From: Octopus bimaculoides
Taxonomy: Eukaryota
Direction: 5' to 3'
DNA length: 38,758 nt
Assembly (NCBI RefSeq): GCF_001194135.2
Contig: NC_069000.1
Span: 30,922,792 to 30,961,549, forward strand
Below the pieces are notes generated by a model, which ran no database searches, had not been told where the DNA came from, and worked only from the letters and a program-made list of their open reading frames with translations. Shown piece by piece: positions 24,941-36,060 of this stretch. Numbering within the stretch: the first letter of the stretch is position 1; every line of letters starts with the position of its first letter. A program made the translations under genes and the position numbers.

Positions 24941-25589
24941 CTGTGTGTGTGTCTGTGTGTGTCTGTGTGTGTGTGTGTCTGTGTGTGTGTGTCTGTGTGT
25001 GTGTGTGTGTGCTTTTACCTTCTTTGTTTCTTGGATTGTACTCATTTGAAATTTAACCTGTTGTCATATTTGCTTACAAATAGTGTAATGTGATGTTTGT
25101 TTAAAAGAAAATAGCGAAATGCTGGGCTACGGTAGAAACGTGTAATCACACAAAAATCCAAACAAGGACGTGAGAAAATTTAAGAAAAAGAAGCCTATAT
25201 CAACGGATTATTTCAGTAACAATGAAGAATATAGGCTATTAAAAAATTCATTAGAAAAATTGTTTTGACAAATGGCATTGGTCGTATCTTCATTAAAATT
25301 CCAAGAAGTCAATGAGAATAATAGTGAGATTTAAAATTTTGACGTTTTGAAATTTAGTCCAAATTTCACCAATTGAAACACGTTCGAAAACAATATTGTC
25401 ATTTCCTTCGGGTGTTTGTAGGTAAATGGAAGATAAAAATAGGAAATATATCAATCAGCATAAGATTGGTATGGATTTAATAACGATTTATATGTAATAA
25501 AAGGCACAGTAATAATGTAACAAAGAGACATCAAGAACAAGTAAAGTGAATTGTGACGTTATTACAAGCTAAAACAGGAAAGTGTTTAA

Positions 25590-25690
25590 GTTGTATGGTT
25601 ATGCAACTTGGCTCACAACTACCGTGTTTTCGGTTCGGTCCCAATCAGTGGTGATTGGCTAGTTGTCTTCTGCATCATAAAATAAACTAA
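25590..25690 (+). mobile_element. Diverged head of SINE family B
   Basis: ggttatgcaacttggctcacaactaccgtgttttcggttcggtcccaatcagtgg...ggctagttgtcttctgc aligns by eye with the head at 34980-35060. Confidence 0.5.
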
Positions 25691-25734
25691 TTTCTTTCGA
25701 ATGAAACTATGTTGGTGGAAATTATTGATTTTGG

Positions 25735-26060
25735 TGATCTATCTTTTATCTTTTACTTGTTTCAGTCATTAACCTGTGGTCATTTTGGGACATTGTTTGA
25801 CGAATTTTTCAGTCAAATGAATCAAACCCAATACTTTTTTATTCTTTTATTATTTTTTTTTCTTGTTTCAGTCATTTCACTGTAGCCATGCTGGAGGGAT
25901 TCAGTCAAAGAACTAGATCCCAGGATTTATTCTATTAATCGTAGTAACTATTCTATCGGTCTCATTTTGTCAAAGTGCTACGTTACAGGGACATAAACAC
26001 ACCAACATCGATTTTCAAGTGATGGTGGTGGAAACAAAACAGACACAACGACACACACAT
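25735..26060 (-). mobile_element. 3' half of SINE family B (with a duplicated terminal segment)
   Basis: ttttacttgtttcagtcatt occurs twice; gccatgctggag; tattctatcggtctc; gttacagggacataaacacaccaacatcg. Confidence 0.75.
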
Positions 26061-26063
26061 AGC

Positions 26064-26288
26064 TTATTCCCTGACCTTTCTTCTACCGACTACCACTTTG
26101 TCAAGCACATTGATCTTTTCCTACGGGGAAGTAGTTCAAAAATCAAACGATGCTGAAAGTGCGTTCAAAGAGTTCATCGGATCCAGAAATCCGGATTTTT
26201 ATGTTGACGAATAAAATTTCTGTATTGTTTAAATATATTGTTATGAATTTCATGTTTCAAAACCTTGCTTACTTTTTACTCAGCCTGA
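26064..26288 (+). mobile_element. 3' fragment of a mariner (Hsmar1/cecropia-like, DD34D) transposon with right TIR
   Basis: PDLSSTDYHFVKHIDLFLRG, then a frameshift, then SNDAESAFKEFIGSRNPDFY (compare YSPDLSPTDYHFFKHLDNFLQGK...DAENAFQEFVESRSTDFY). Terminal aaaccttgcttactttttactcagcctga|TA resembles the mariner TIR reverse complement. Confidence 0.85.
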
Positions 26289-26762
26289 TATCATATCATA
26301 TATCACATGTGCCATCACAATTTTATCCTAGTCGTGATCACAACTCTCCGGTGAACAGAGACGTAGAACTCTGAGTAACACTTTTTTTATGTTTTTGCAG
26401 TTTTCATAAAAAAAGTGCATATATATATATATATAATATATATNNNNNNNNNNNNNNNNNNNNNNNNNNNNNNNNNNNNNNNNNNNNNNNNNNNNNNNNN
26501 NNNNNNNNNNNNNNNNNNNNNNNNNNNNNNNNNNNNNNNNNNNNNNNNNNNNNNNNNNNNNNNNNNNNNNNNNNNNNNNNNNNNNNNNNNNNNNNNNNNN
26601 NNNNNNNNNNNNNNNNNNNNNNNNNNNNNNNNNNNNNNNNNNNNNNNNNNNNNNNNNNNNNNNNNNNNNNNNNNNNNNNNNNNNNNNNNNNNNNNNNNNN
26701 NNNNNNNNNNNNNNNNNNNNNNNNNNNNNNNNNNNNNNNNNNNNNNNNNNNNNNNNNNNNNN

Positions 26763-26781
26763 TATATATATATATATATAT

Positions 26782-26812
<31 letters not shown>

Positions 26813-26813
26813 T

Positions 26814-26863
<50 letters not shown>
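26763..26863. repeat. (TA)n-(GATA)n microsatellite
   Basis: Direct. Confidence 0.95.
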
Positions 26864-26864
<1 letters not shown>

Positions 26865-28229
26865 TTCTACACAAGGTGGCAGTCAGGCAATCTGTGAGAG
26901 AAACTTTTCTATAAATTTATTCAATCACTCAGTTTAACACTACTACCAGGCATATGTGTAGATGTAACCAATTCTGCTCTCTTTGCAACCATTTGAACAG
27001 ATCTCCAGCGTAAGGAGAACATTCTTCTTTTCTCCAACCGTCATGGAAGCCATGCGCATCGTTTAGCTTCTTTAGTATTAGCCATTTAAAAATAATTAAA
27101 ATTGAGGATAATGGTGAAATTCACAAGAAGCTTAAATAAAATGTAAGGGTAAACCAAAACAACATAACGAACGAAGACTGACTAAATTAAGAAGTACTAT
27201 ATGCCACAGATCAATCTCTTGATTTACGGGGACAGAAAGATTGTTTCAGAGGCTACATCTCCACATATGTTATAATATACTAAACCATTCAATTAGCTAA
27301 GGAACTTTTACATACTTGTTCAACGTGTTAAAAGATATTTCATGGCAATATGTTTCTGCAGTACTGGTTTTCCGGATTTTTAGATGTTATAGTGGATGAG
27401 TCCACATCACACCCGAATTACTTAAAACAGGAAAAGCAATAATGGATAATGTGATGCTAGATTTTCTATGCTTGAAAATACGTTTGGGATGTTCATTGCT
27501 GGAATATCTTTGATTATAAATGTAATCAATGCAGGCTAAACTTGGATTAAATGGTAATACTAAAACGATAAACACTAAACTTATATTTCTACAACTTATA
27601 AGAAAATTCTATCACAAAACTGTGGTCATATGAGTTTTAATGGCTTTCGTTTTGAGAGAGATTTTTAACTCAAAAATTTGTAAGTGTGGATAAGTTAGTT
27701 CAATCAATTTTATTATTTTTAACTTATCTAAAACATTTGTTTGCGTGTAGTTTTAGGTCCTATTTTGTATTTTATTGCGTCCTTATACGATAGATCTTCC
27801 AAATGTTTTGGTTCCGACACATATAATGATATGAAAGCAGGAGAAGAGTACTTTATTACGATCAAAGTCAGTCTCTACACTAATAGGACAGCGTCACATA
27901 TACAGATATACACACACACATACACACATATAAATATATATATATATATATATATAAATGTATATATAAATATCTCTTTCTCTCTTTACGTGTGTGTGTG
28001 TGTGTGTGTATTGGTTTTCGGATCATTACCTCTCGAGGCTCAGACAAATCTACAAACAATTGCCTTCGGCATTTTCTGTCCGGAAGAGTTTGCAAATTAT
28101 TGTTTATTGCAAAAAGGAATTACCTCATGTCCTCTCGAAAGTTTATTAAATTTTTTGACGTCCACAATAGTTGTGGTGGTGGACGGACTGTTTCATTCGG
28201 ATTCCCTTTTACCTTAATCAATTTCGGTT

Positions 28230-29440
28230 GACCTGCTTCGTATTATTTTCTATTTCCACTATTGCAAGTGTGTATTATATCATGCCAAACTCCCTGTGTG
28301 CTAGCTAAGAATATCCTGTTCACATCAGATTTGGGGCTGTAGATTCAGAAAGCTGTAATTGCCTTGTTTTCTCTAGCTAACTTTTCATTTCACTTACTTC
28401 CCGGCTTATTATGTTGATACGTAATCTATAACTATTCTGATGTATATTTATACTTATTATCTTATTTCTAACTTTATGTTTTATTTCTAATATTAGTCTA
28501 CTCGTTTGTTGGACAGTTTTATAATTTTCTCTATTTCGTTGTATTCTATTTCTTTAGTTTCATCTCCTCCAAATAATTGTATGTTATTTTTTTCATTTTG
28601 ATTTCTGCATAAAATTTAAAGTTTTCAGTTTTAGTCTCATCCAATACATCATTTATATCTTAACTAAATATGTTAAACACTTTTTGTAGGTTTTTAATAC
28701 TGGTTTTGCCTACTGTTAACAGATTTAAGTGACCCATATAGAGGAGGTCGGTTATAATATGCTGTAACATTTAGAGAACGGATGATATATTTAGAAGATC
28801 TTTTTCAACAGTTAGAACCAGGCAGAAAGATAGACAAAATACAAAGCATTAGAAGATTCTCCTCTTGAGTTTATAGCTTGAATTATCCTTCTTTTGCTTG
28901 TTACATGAAATGGTAGTTTTCTATCTTGGTAAACCATAATTTATGTATTTTGTTTCTCATGCTGCAGCTTCCTTTTATTAATCTTGTTTGGACAAATACA
29001 ACAGGAGTTACTTTCTTAAAACAAGAATCGTGTACATCTTTGAAAACATGCTTTTAAAATGTCCAAAGTTAACAAGCGTGTTGTCAGAATACTCTTACAT
29101 CTATTACAACTCTCAATATTGCTATTTTATGCAAGACACATATCTAACATTGCAGACCATCTGTCGATGGTTTTATAGAAATCCATGTAATTGTAACAAT
29201 TACAACCGACATAAGAGAGGCATTCTTTAACTTCCAAAATGTTCTTAATTCACTTGGTATATTGCCATAATTCTTTGTTTTTAGTTCAGTTTTCTAATGA
29301 TTTATTATGATTACTTTTGTTATTTTTAATCTTATGCTTTCTCATCTAACCCGGCTTAAATCTGTATATTTATCTGTATATAATATTTTGGTTTAGTTTC
29401 TTCTTTTTGTAAGAAAGTATTCTACGTATTACGTAATCAC
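28230..29440 (-). mobile_element. Decayed RT-region fragment of an RLE-type LINE
   Basis: Minus strand: YMDFYKTID (compare WIDYKKAFD) near 29160-29190, RLILEIKHKVRNKIISIN near 28445-28500, and SPKSDVNRIFLA (compare HPKSDVNRLYL) at about 28302-28340. Confidence 0.58.
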
Positions 29441-29706
29441 TGATAATTTGTGTTATTTTTTTCATGTAGTATATCTATGCAGGGTTCAGGTGTTTGTATA
29501 TATATTTCTAGTGTACCTATTATCATTGATATTTATTTCAAATTTCAATCAATATATTCTACATAATGTATCTATCTTCAGCTCTATAGATTTGAACACA
29601 AATTTCTCCATTTCTTTTTGTGATTCATAAGTCTCTGTCGACGCTGATATTTTGAACAGGAATCATTTCTTTCCTGGCGGCACACACACACACACACATG
29701 TATATA

Positions 29707-29761
<55 letters not shown>

Positions 29762-29980
29762 CCGTGTTTGTGTAGCACCACCGCTTCAAACAGGTCTTCC
29801 TGTTTCTATCTATCCGTAACTCACAAGGTCGGAGAAGAAAGATATTAGATAGATATTAGAAAGATTTTTAATAAGAAATGTCATATCGTAAAACATGGTC
29901 ACTCGATTATTATCTAAAGAATTTTCTGGTGCAATTCGATTACACCCGATCGCTTGTCTGTCAGCATTTCCTAAACCCTT

Positions 29981-30168
29981 CCTTTATAGGCCCAAAGCTT
30001 GAAATTTGGGAAGAAGGAGGCTACTCGATTACAGCGAACCGAGTACTTGACAAGTAATTATTTCATCGAAACCGAAAAACAGAATTTGAAATTTGAACCC
30101 AAAGATGGGCGAAATGCCACTGAGCATTATATATCCGGAGTACTAACGATCCCGACAGCTTGCCACTT
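29981..30168 (-). mobile_element. Diverged SINE family A
   Basis: Minus strand agtggcaagctgtcgggatcgttagtactccgga...atgctcagtggcatttcg...gggttcaaatttc. Confidence 0.7.
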
Positions 30169-30266
30169 TATTGATAATATTTCATAATGATACATCATTT
30201 AAAGTGTATGAAATCCCGAAGTAAGTCGCATTACCTTTATGATTTCTGTATTGAGAATTAACTATT

Positions 30267-30432
30267 GAAATGTTTGGCGACATTTCTTGCAGCTCTTCAT
30301 GATCTGAGTTCAAATTAAGCCGAGGTCAGCTTTACCTTTACTCCTAACGGAGTCGATAACATAAAGTACCAATCAATTACTCAGGTTAATGTAATCAACT
30401 AACCCCCACTAACCTGGCCTTGTGCCAACGCA
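30267..30432 (+). mobile_element. SINE family A, 5' truncated
   Basis: ctgagttcaaattaagccgaggtcagctttacctttactcctaacggagtcgataacataaagtacc...cctggccttgtgcc. Confidence 0.75.
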
Positions 30433-30715
30433 ACAGCAAATGTTCTGCACAATACCATAGATTTGCTTGTCAGCTGTTTGTCCTTAACCAGTTGAGCATA
30501 TCCCTTAGTGGCTGACGATATGTGCATCTCTGATCCCGAACAGAAGTAGTAGGGGAGCATCATAGCCATGTGTTGAGATGAATTCTTTGGGGTTTGAATA
30601 ATTCGCCTCTGGAAATTTAGGTGTTTTGATCATCATCCTTAAACAAACCTTATTCATGAATCATTTGAGTAAGATAGGCCACTCGACCTGAAGATAATTC
30701 TAACAGGCAAGGTCC
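30433..30715. repeat. Unclassified interspersed-repeat-like segment
   Basis: Complex, higher-GC block between SINEs. It resembles a repeat I recall from octopus sequence but occurs only once in this window. Confidence 0.3.
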
Positions 30716-30871
30716 TGCGATGTTTATTTTGATATGAGTACACCATGTCGCGCACATATAGCTGTGACGCACATACCTGGAGTACCCTTCTCAAACAGGT
30801 AGATATGATGGGTATGTTGGGCTTAATATATTTTACCCCAGTTCACTTTGATAGCATGCATGGCTCTCTAA

Positions 30872-30930
30872 CTCAAGAAGAAGAACAAGAAGAAGAACAA
30901 GAAGAAGAACAAGAAGAAGAAGAAGAAGAA
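30872..30930. repeat. (CAAGAAGAAGAA)n/(GAA)n repeat
   Basis: Direct; explains the QEEE ORF. Confidence 0.93.
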
Positions 30931-30932
30931 AC

Positions 30933-31067
30933 CTTTCTATTATAAGTCACAAGGTCTAGAATTTGGTGGGACGCTGCTGGTCGATTACGTAAATCCCAGT
31001 GATGACGGTCAAAATGCTCGTAAGCAATTCGTCCGGCGTGCTAGCGATTCTGCCCGCCCGCCGCCTT
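30933..31067 (-). mobile_element. SINE family A with internal deletion
   Basis: Head aaggcggcgggcgggcagaatcgctagcacgccggacgaattgcttacgagcatttt is joined directly to the 3' part actgggatttacgtaatcgacc...accttgtgacttataataga. Confidence 0.8.
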
Positions 31068-31506
31068 AATAATAATGATAACAACAACAGCAACAACAAC
31101 AACAAGACGATGAAACGAACGACAACAGCGACAAAAGCAAAATCAACATCAACAAATACAGCAACAACAAGAATAAAAGATGGCGATGATCATCACTATT
31201 AGGAGAAAGACAGGAAGTAGAAATCTGAAGCCAACAGACAGAAATTTCTATGAAATGTTGCTGACGTTACATTTACGTCAAGGAAATGACAACGAATGAA
31301 AATAATTATTTTAAAAAGCGGAAGCAGATGACAGAATATCCGGTCACTTCTAAAGTCGAATTAAACTGCATTATTTGAATGTGCATTGGTTAATAATCGT
31401 AGAAAAAGCTTCCATGTTTGTTTTTTTTAATTAACCTGACCATCCCTCATTACATGATTGTGTGGAACATGTAATTATTTTACTGTCTTCACTTAATGAA
31501 CTGTAG

Positions 31507-31704
31507 ACATGTTGGGGCGTCGGTGCATTGTTGTGTACTCAGTTGTATTGGACCTTAGTAATTATTTTGCCCTTTCCTTGCCTTGGGACCTCAGTAATTT
31601 GGTGTGGAGATTTAGAAGTACCGTCGCGTACGTTGTGCACCGTCGTGTACTGAGCAGTTCTAGAACGGCAGAATCAAAGCCGATTTCTGTTAGAATTGAC
31701 CCTG
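31507..31704 (+). other. Candidate 198-nt symmetric (phase 1-1) exon with one LRR-like segment
   Basis: Acceptor ttattttactgtcttcacttaatgaactgtag, donor CTG|GTATAG, one open frame containing VLDLSNYFALSLPWDLSNLVW. GC and CpG are higher than in the flanks, which would also fit a TE fragment. Confidence 0.28.
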
Positions 31705-31911
31705 GTATAGGAATACTACTTTAGCTATCGACTTCGGTGTTATGAAACGCAAGGTTCCCAAGATTTTATTGACAACTGAATGATGAAAACTAAGACACAG
31801 CAGAGATTTGGTATAAAGTGAAGTATCGACTTTATACATCATGGTGCTTCGTCCGATACACCACTGATTCACTCAATAACCTATCAGTTATAATTTGATT
31901 TCGTGTATGTA

Positions 31912-31946
<35 letters not shown>

Positions 31947-33961
31947 NNNNNNNNNNNNNNNNNNNNNNNNNNNNNNNNNNNNNNNNNNNNNNNNNNNNNN
32001 NNNNNNNNNNNNNNNNNNNNNNNNNNNNNNNNNNNNNNNNNNNNNNNNNNNNNNNNNNNTATATATATAGCGAGAGAGAGAGATAGATACTCGTGTGTAT
32101 GAATTCATTTGTATTTAATGATTTTATTTCTCACAATTTGTAATGCCAGCTCACGTCAAGAAACATTGGAACAACAGAATATTCGTAATCATGTTACTGA
32201 CAAGTAATGTCGGTTAAATTCGCCTGTTTTTGATTTTCAAGTATTCCCTTCAAGTTGTTCGGTTGGCAAGAGTGTCAACTAAGCTGACTGTTTTGATGAT
32301 TGGACCTCATAAGATCGAAATGTGCTGGTTTCCTTTTACTGACTAAGTTTAATGACAAGGTATATTCTTATATGCATTATCTATATTTCTTAGAAATTTC
32401 GCTGTGTATATAGTAAACAGAACGCTCACTTGATATAATTCACCCCAGCCGCGTTCCTTTCAATGTATGCATTTTTAACACTCTTCAGCAAAATATTCAA
32501 CACTTGACATTTTTACTTCCTAGGCTTTTGTGACAGAAAAAGAAGAATCACGATGTCTCAGCCAGCTGGCTTCTGATAGGAAGCACCAACATCGAGTGAA
32601 TATATATATGAGACGGTTGAACATACAGATTCATAAAAAAAAAAACCCGACGACCGGATGCATAGTACATTAAGATAGAGCAAGCGAAAGAGAGGTAAAT
32701 AGTGAGAGACAGGTGCATATATGAATGCGTTCACATATGCAGTATTTTAATGATATATGGAATATCTTTATAATTGTAACATTTGAACATCGTAGGAATC
32801 CATTCATACAAGCAGCTAATGGACAATATATGAATGCATTCATACAAGTAGAATATAAATGTTACGTAAATGTAGGCTTAAGCGGGCGATTTGAATATAC
32901 AAGGGCATCATTTTTCCTGAAATGTTTATATGTTTTCTGAATGTATTTCTATGTGAATCTTTATATATATGTATGTGTGTGTATGTATACAAAGCTATGA
33001 AAATATGTGTCTGCCTGTGTATAACACTAAATCTCTAGAACTACCGAACCGATTTCATTCGAATTTTACACATGCCTTACTTAGGGTCACTGCAATGTCA
33101 TGGGCCTAAAAGAATTTTCAACTTCTTGACTAATGCGAGCCTGGAGCAATCTCTTATCTCTTGTGATATTTCAGTATGACGTGTCAAAAGTAAGAACCAT
33201 AACATCTCTATTCTAATGTGAGATGATACTTTCAGTTTAATAGTTTCAGTATTAATACTAAAACATTATCTCACATATATACATACGTACATGCATATAT
33301 ACATTACACCCCCACACATATATGTTCATATATNNNNNNNNNNNNNNNNNNNNNNNNNNNNNNNNNNNNNNNNNNNNNNNNNNNNNNNNNNNNNNNNNNN
33401 NNNNNNNNNNNNNNNNNNNNNNNNNNNNNNNNNNNNNNNNNNNNNNNNNNNNNNNNNNNNNNNNNNNNNNNNNNNNNNNNNNNNNNNNNNNNNNNNNNNN
33501 NNNNNNNNNNNNNNNNNNNNNNNNNNNNNNNNNNNNNNNNNNNNNNNNNNNNNNNNNNNNNNNNNNNNNNNNNNNNNNNNNNNNNNNNNNNNNNNNNNNN
33601 NNNNNNNNNNNNNNNNNNNNNNNNNNNNNNNNNNNNNNNNNNNNNNNNNNNNNNNNNNNNNNNNNNNNNNNNNNNNNNNNNNNNNNNNNNNNNNNNNNNN
33701 NNNNNNNNNNNNNNNNNNNNNNNNNNNNNNNNNNNNNNNNNNNNNNNNNNNNNNNNNNNNNNNNNNNNNNNNNNNNNNNNNNNTATATATATATATACAT
33801 ATATATAACTTACTTGAAAATGGATGCGTGGCGTTCATATAATAATATCAATAATATATAAATATATGCATATATACATACATATATGTAGATACCTGCA
33901 TATATATGTAGATACCTACATATATATGTATATATACATGCATATATAGGCACAGGACATA

Positions 33962-34215
33962 AATAAAGGTCATAGAAAACCAACTTTTTTCGAACAACGA
34001 AAGAAACAAATAGAGAAACGAGACAAGCAACATAAAGAACATTTCCTTCATCAGTTGTCCCTTGTTTTATCTGCTCCGCGTTTCGAAGGTAGGGAGAAGA
34101 CGCGACTTCATTAAACCAGTCCTTCCCGCAAAGCAAATTAACTAACAAAAATGGTAGCAAAAACAGGACAATAAGAAGAAAACAGTAAAGACAAACGGTG
34201 AAGGCTGTTAAGCCA
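33962..34215 (-). mobile_element. Penelope-like terminal-repeat fragment (tentative)
   Basis: Minus strand carries ccttcgaaacgcg and aactgatgaagg, motifs typical of Penelope pseudo-LTRs. No coding remnant seen. Confidence 0.35.
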
Positions 34216-34479
34216 AGACAATGTAAAATGGTATATGCATAACGGTGGTGCACCAGCATGACCGCAGCCACTTGGCTGAAACACATAAATAAATAAATAT
34301 ATGCGTATATATATATTTATATATGCAAATATATTTATATATGTATATATATGTGTGTGTGTGTGTGTGTGGGTGTGTGTGTGCGTGCGTGTGTGTGTGT
34401 GTGTGTCTGTGTGTGTGTGTGTATATATACATACGTATGTATATATATATATGTGTGTGTATGTGTCTGTCTGTTTTTG

Positions 34480-34670
34480 TACCCCCACCATCGCTTCACA
34501 ACCGATGTTGCTGTATTTACGTCTCCGTAACTTAGCCGTTTGGCAAAACACGCCGACAGACTAGGTACTAGGTTTACGAAGAATAAATCCTAGGTTCGAG
34601 TTTTTCGTCTGAAATCTGTGCTGCAGCATGGTCGAATTCACATGACCAAAACAAGTAAGACTATAAAAAA
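34480..34670 (+). mobile_element. 3' half of SINE family B, preceded by its (TA)/(GT) array
   Basis: ccccaccatcgcttcacaaccgatgttgctgtatttacgtctccgtaacttagccgtttggcaaaac...aaaacaagtaaga. Confidence 0.82.
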
Positions 34671-34758
34671 CGACGTCATTTTAAACCCGAGCAACACCTG
34701 GTATCTCTGCTAGTATTATATAAATGCACAATTAAATGTATTATATCAACGTATAAGA

Positions 34759-34930
34759 GTGTTAAGGAAGTAATTTTTATTCTCTAACGCAGGATAATGC
34801 TAGTAATACTGCATAAACAGGATAAAGTATATTTTGCAGAAAGATTTGTCGACGGCCAGCAATGAGACATCTGAACGCTTCTGAAGGAAACTTTGCTTGT
34901 TTACTCTCATTGTAATTTTAATTTAACGTA
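34759..34930. mobile_element. Rearranged copy of the 35598-35836 SINE-like element (5' part inverted)
   Basis: 34759-34860 is the reverse complement of 35663-35766; 34864-34930 is a direct match to 35772-35836. Confidence 0.75.
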
Positions 34931-34965
34931 CGATAATAAAGCGACATTTTATATATCCTAAATTT

Positions 34966-35126
34966 GCAGATGACTGTGTGGTAAGCAGCTTGCTTACCAA
35001 CCACATGGTTCCGGGTTCAGTCCCACTGCGTGGCATCTTGGGCAAGTGTCTTCTACTATAGCCTCGGGCCGACAAAAGCCTTGTGAGTGGATTTGGTAGA
35101 TGGAAACTGAAAAGAAGCCCGTCGTA

Positions 35127-35181
<55 letters not shown>

Positions 35182-35336
35182 ACATATGTATGCAAATATG
35201 CNNNNNNNNNNNNNNNNNNNNNNNNNNNNNNNNNNNNNNNNNNNNNNNNNNNNNNNNNNNNNNNNNNNNNNNNNNNNNNNNNNNNNNNNNNNNNNNNNNN
35301 NNNNNNNNNNNNNNNNNNNNNNNNNNNNNNNNNNNN

Positions 35337-35377
<41 letters not shown>

Positions 35378-35590
35378 TTGTGTTTATGTGTTTCTCACCT
35401 TCAGCATCGCTTGACAACCGATGCTGGTGTGTTTACGTTCCCGTAACTTAGCGGTTCGGCAAAATAGACCGATAGAATAAGTATTAGGCTTCCAAAGAAT
35501 GAGTCTTGTGGTCGATTTGCTCGACTAAAGGCGGTGCTCCAGCATGGCCACTGTCAAAAGACTGAAACTAGTAAAAGAGTAAAAGAGTAA
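34966..35590 (+). mobile_element. Young, near full-length CORE-type SINE family B (internal microsatellite spans an N-gap)
   Basis: tRNA-like head, CORE-like gcgtggcatcttgggcaagtgtctt, internal (TA)n(GT)n, and 3' half ending gtaaaagagtaaaagagta. Confidence 0.93.
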
Positions 35591-35597
35591 GAATTTG

Positions 35598-35836
35598 TTG
35601 TTGTTAGCTTAAAGGTAGAGCACTGCGACGCGTAATCACAGGGATTTGTGTTCTTGTCTCTTACTGGCCACCGACACATTTTGCTGCAAAATATGGGTTG
35701 TTTATCCTGTTCATGCTATATTATTAGCATTATCCTATGTTTCACAATAAAAATTGCTTCCTTAACTTTCTAGACATCTCAACGCTTCTAAAGCGAACTT
35801 TGCTTGTTTGCTTTCATCGCAATTTGAATTTATCGT
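35598..35836 (+). mobile_element. Diverged SINE-like element (tRNA-like head plus segments X and Y)
   Basis: A-box-like tagcttaaaggtagagcac; body shared with the rearranged copy at 34759-34930. Confidence 0.55.
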
Positions 35837-36060
35837 ATAACAGATTATCTAATCATTGGATATTTGTATGTTATATGAAGTGTTCGTGTGTAAATGTTAT
35901 ATAAATGCATATACAAATGTAAAATATTAATATCATTTAATTGTTGATATAATTTAGTGCTAGGGCAAACTTGATCAAGTATCCCTAAACTCAAGGAGAT
36001 TCTAGCCGTGACCATCCTTTATTTTATCAATGTAAAATCTATCTAGGGCCCATTTTCGTA

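Larger units (their letters stand above)
32958..34713 (+). mobile_element. Non-autonomous Helitron-like (DINE-1/Lep1-type) element termini, with nested insertions and a gap inside
   Basis: 5' A|TC at 32957-32959, followed by atacaaagctatgaaaat...aatctctagaactaccgaaccgatttcattcgaattttacaca (HINE-type core). 3' end aaacccgagcaacacctggtatctctgCTAG|T (hairpin remnant plus CTAG). That both ends belong to one element is inference. Confidence 0.6.
4082..35336. other. Eleven assembly gaps: 4082-4151, 5099-5942, 6794-7490, 14676-15087, 15687-16183, 18521-18721, 24683-24835, 26444-26762, 31947-32060, 33334-33783, 35202-35336
   Basis: N runs; most abut (TA)n or (CA/GT)n arrays. Confidence 0.99.

Noticed and set aside
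33810-34286. 158-aa membrane-protein-like minus-strand ORF
   Set aside because: It runs through a SINE tail, a Penelope-like repeat and a (TA)-type array, and has no protein motif.
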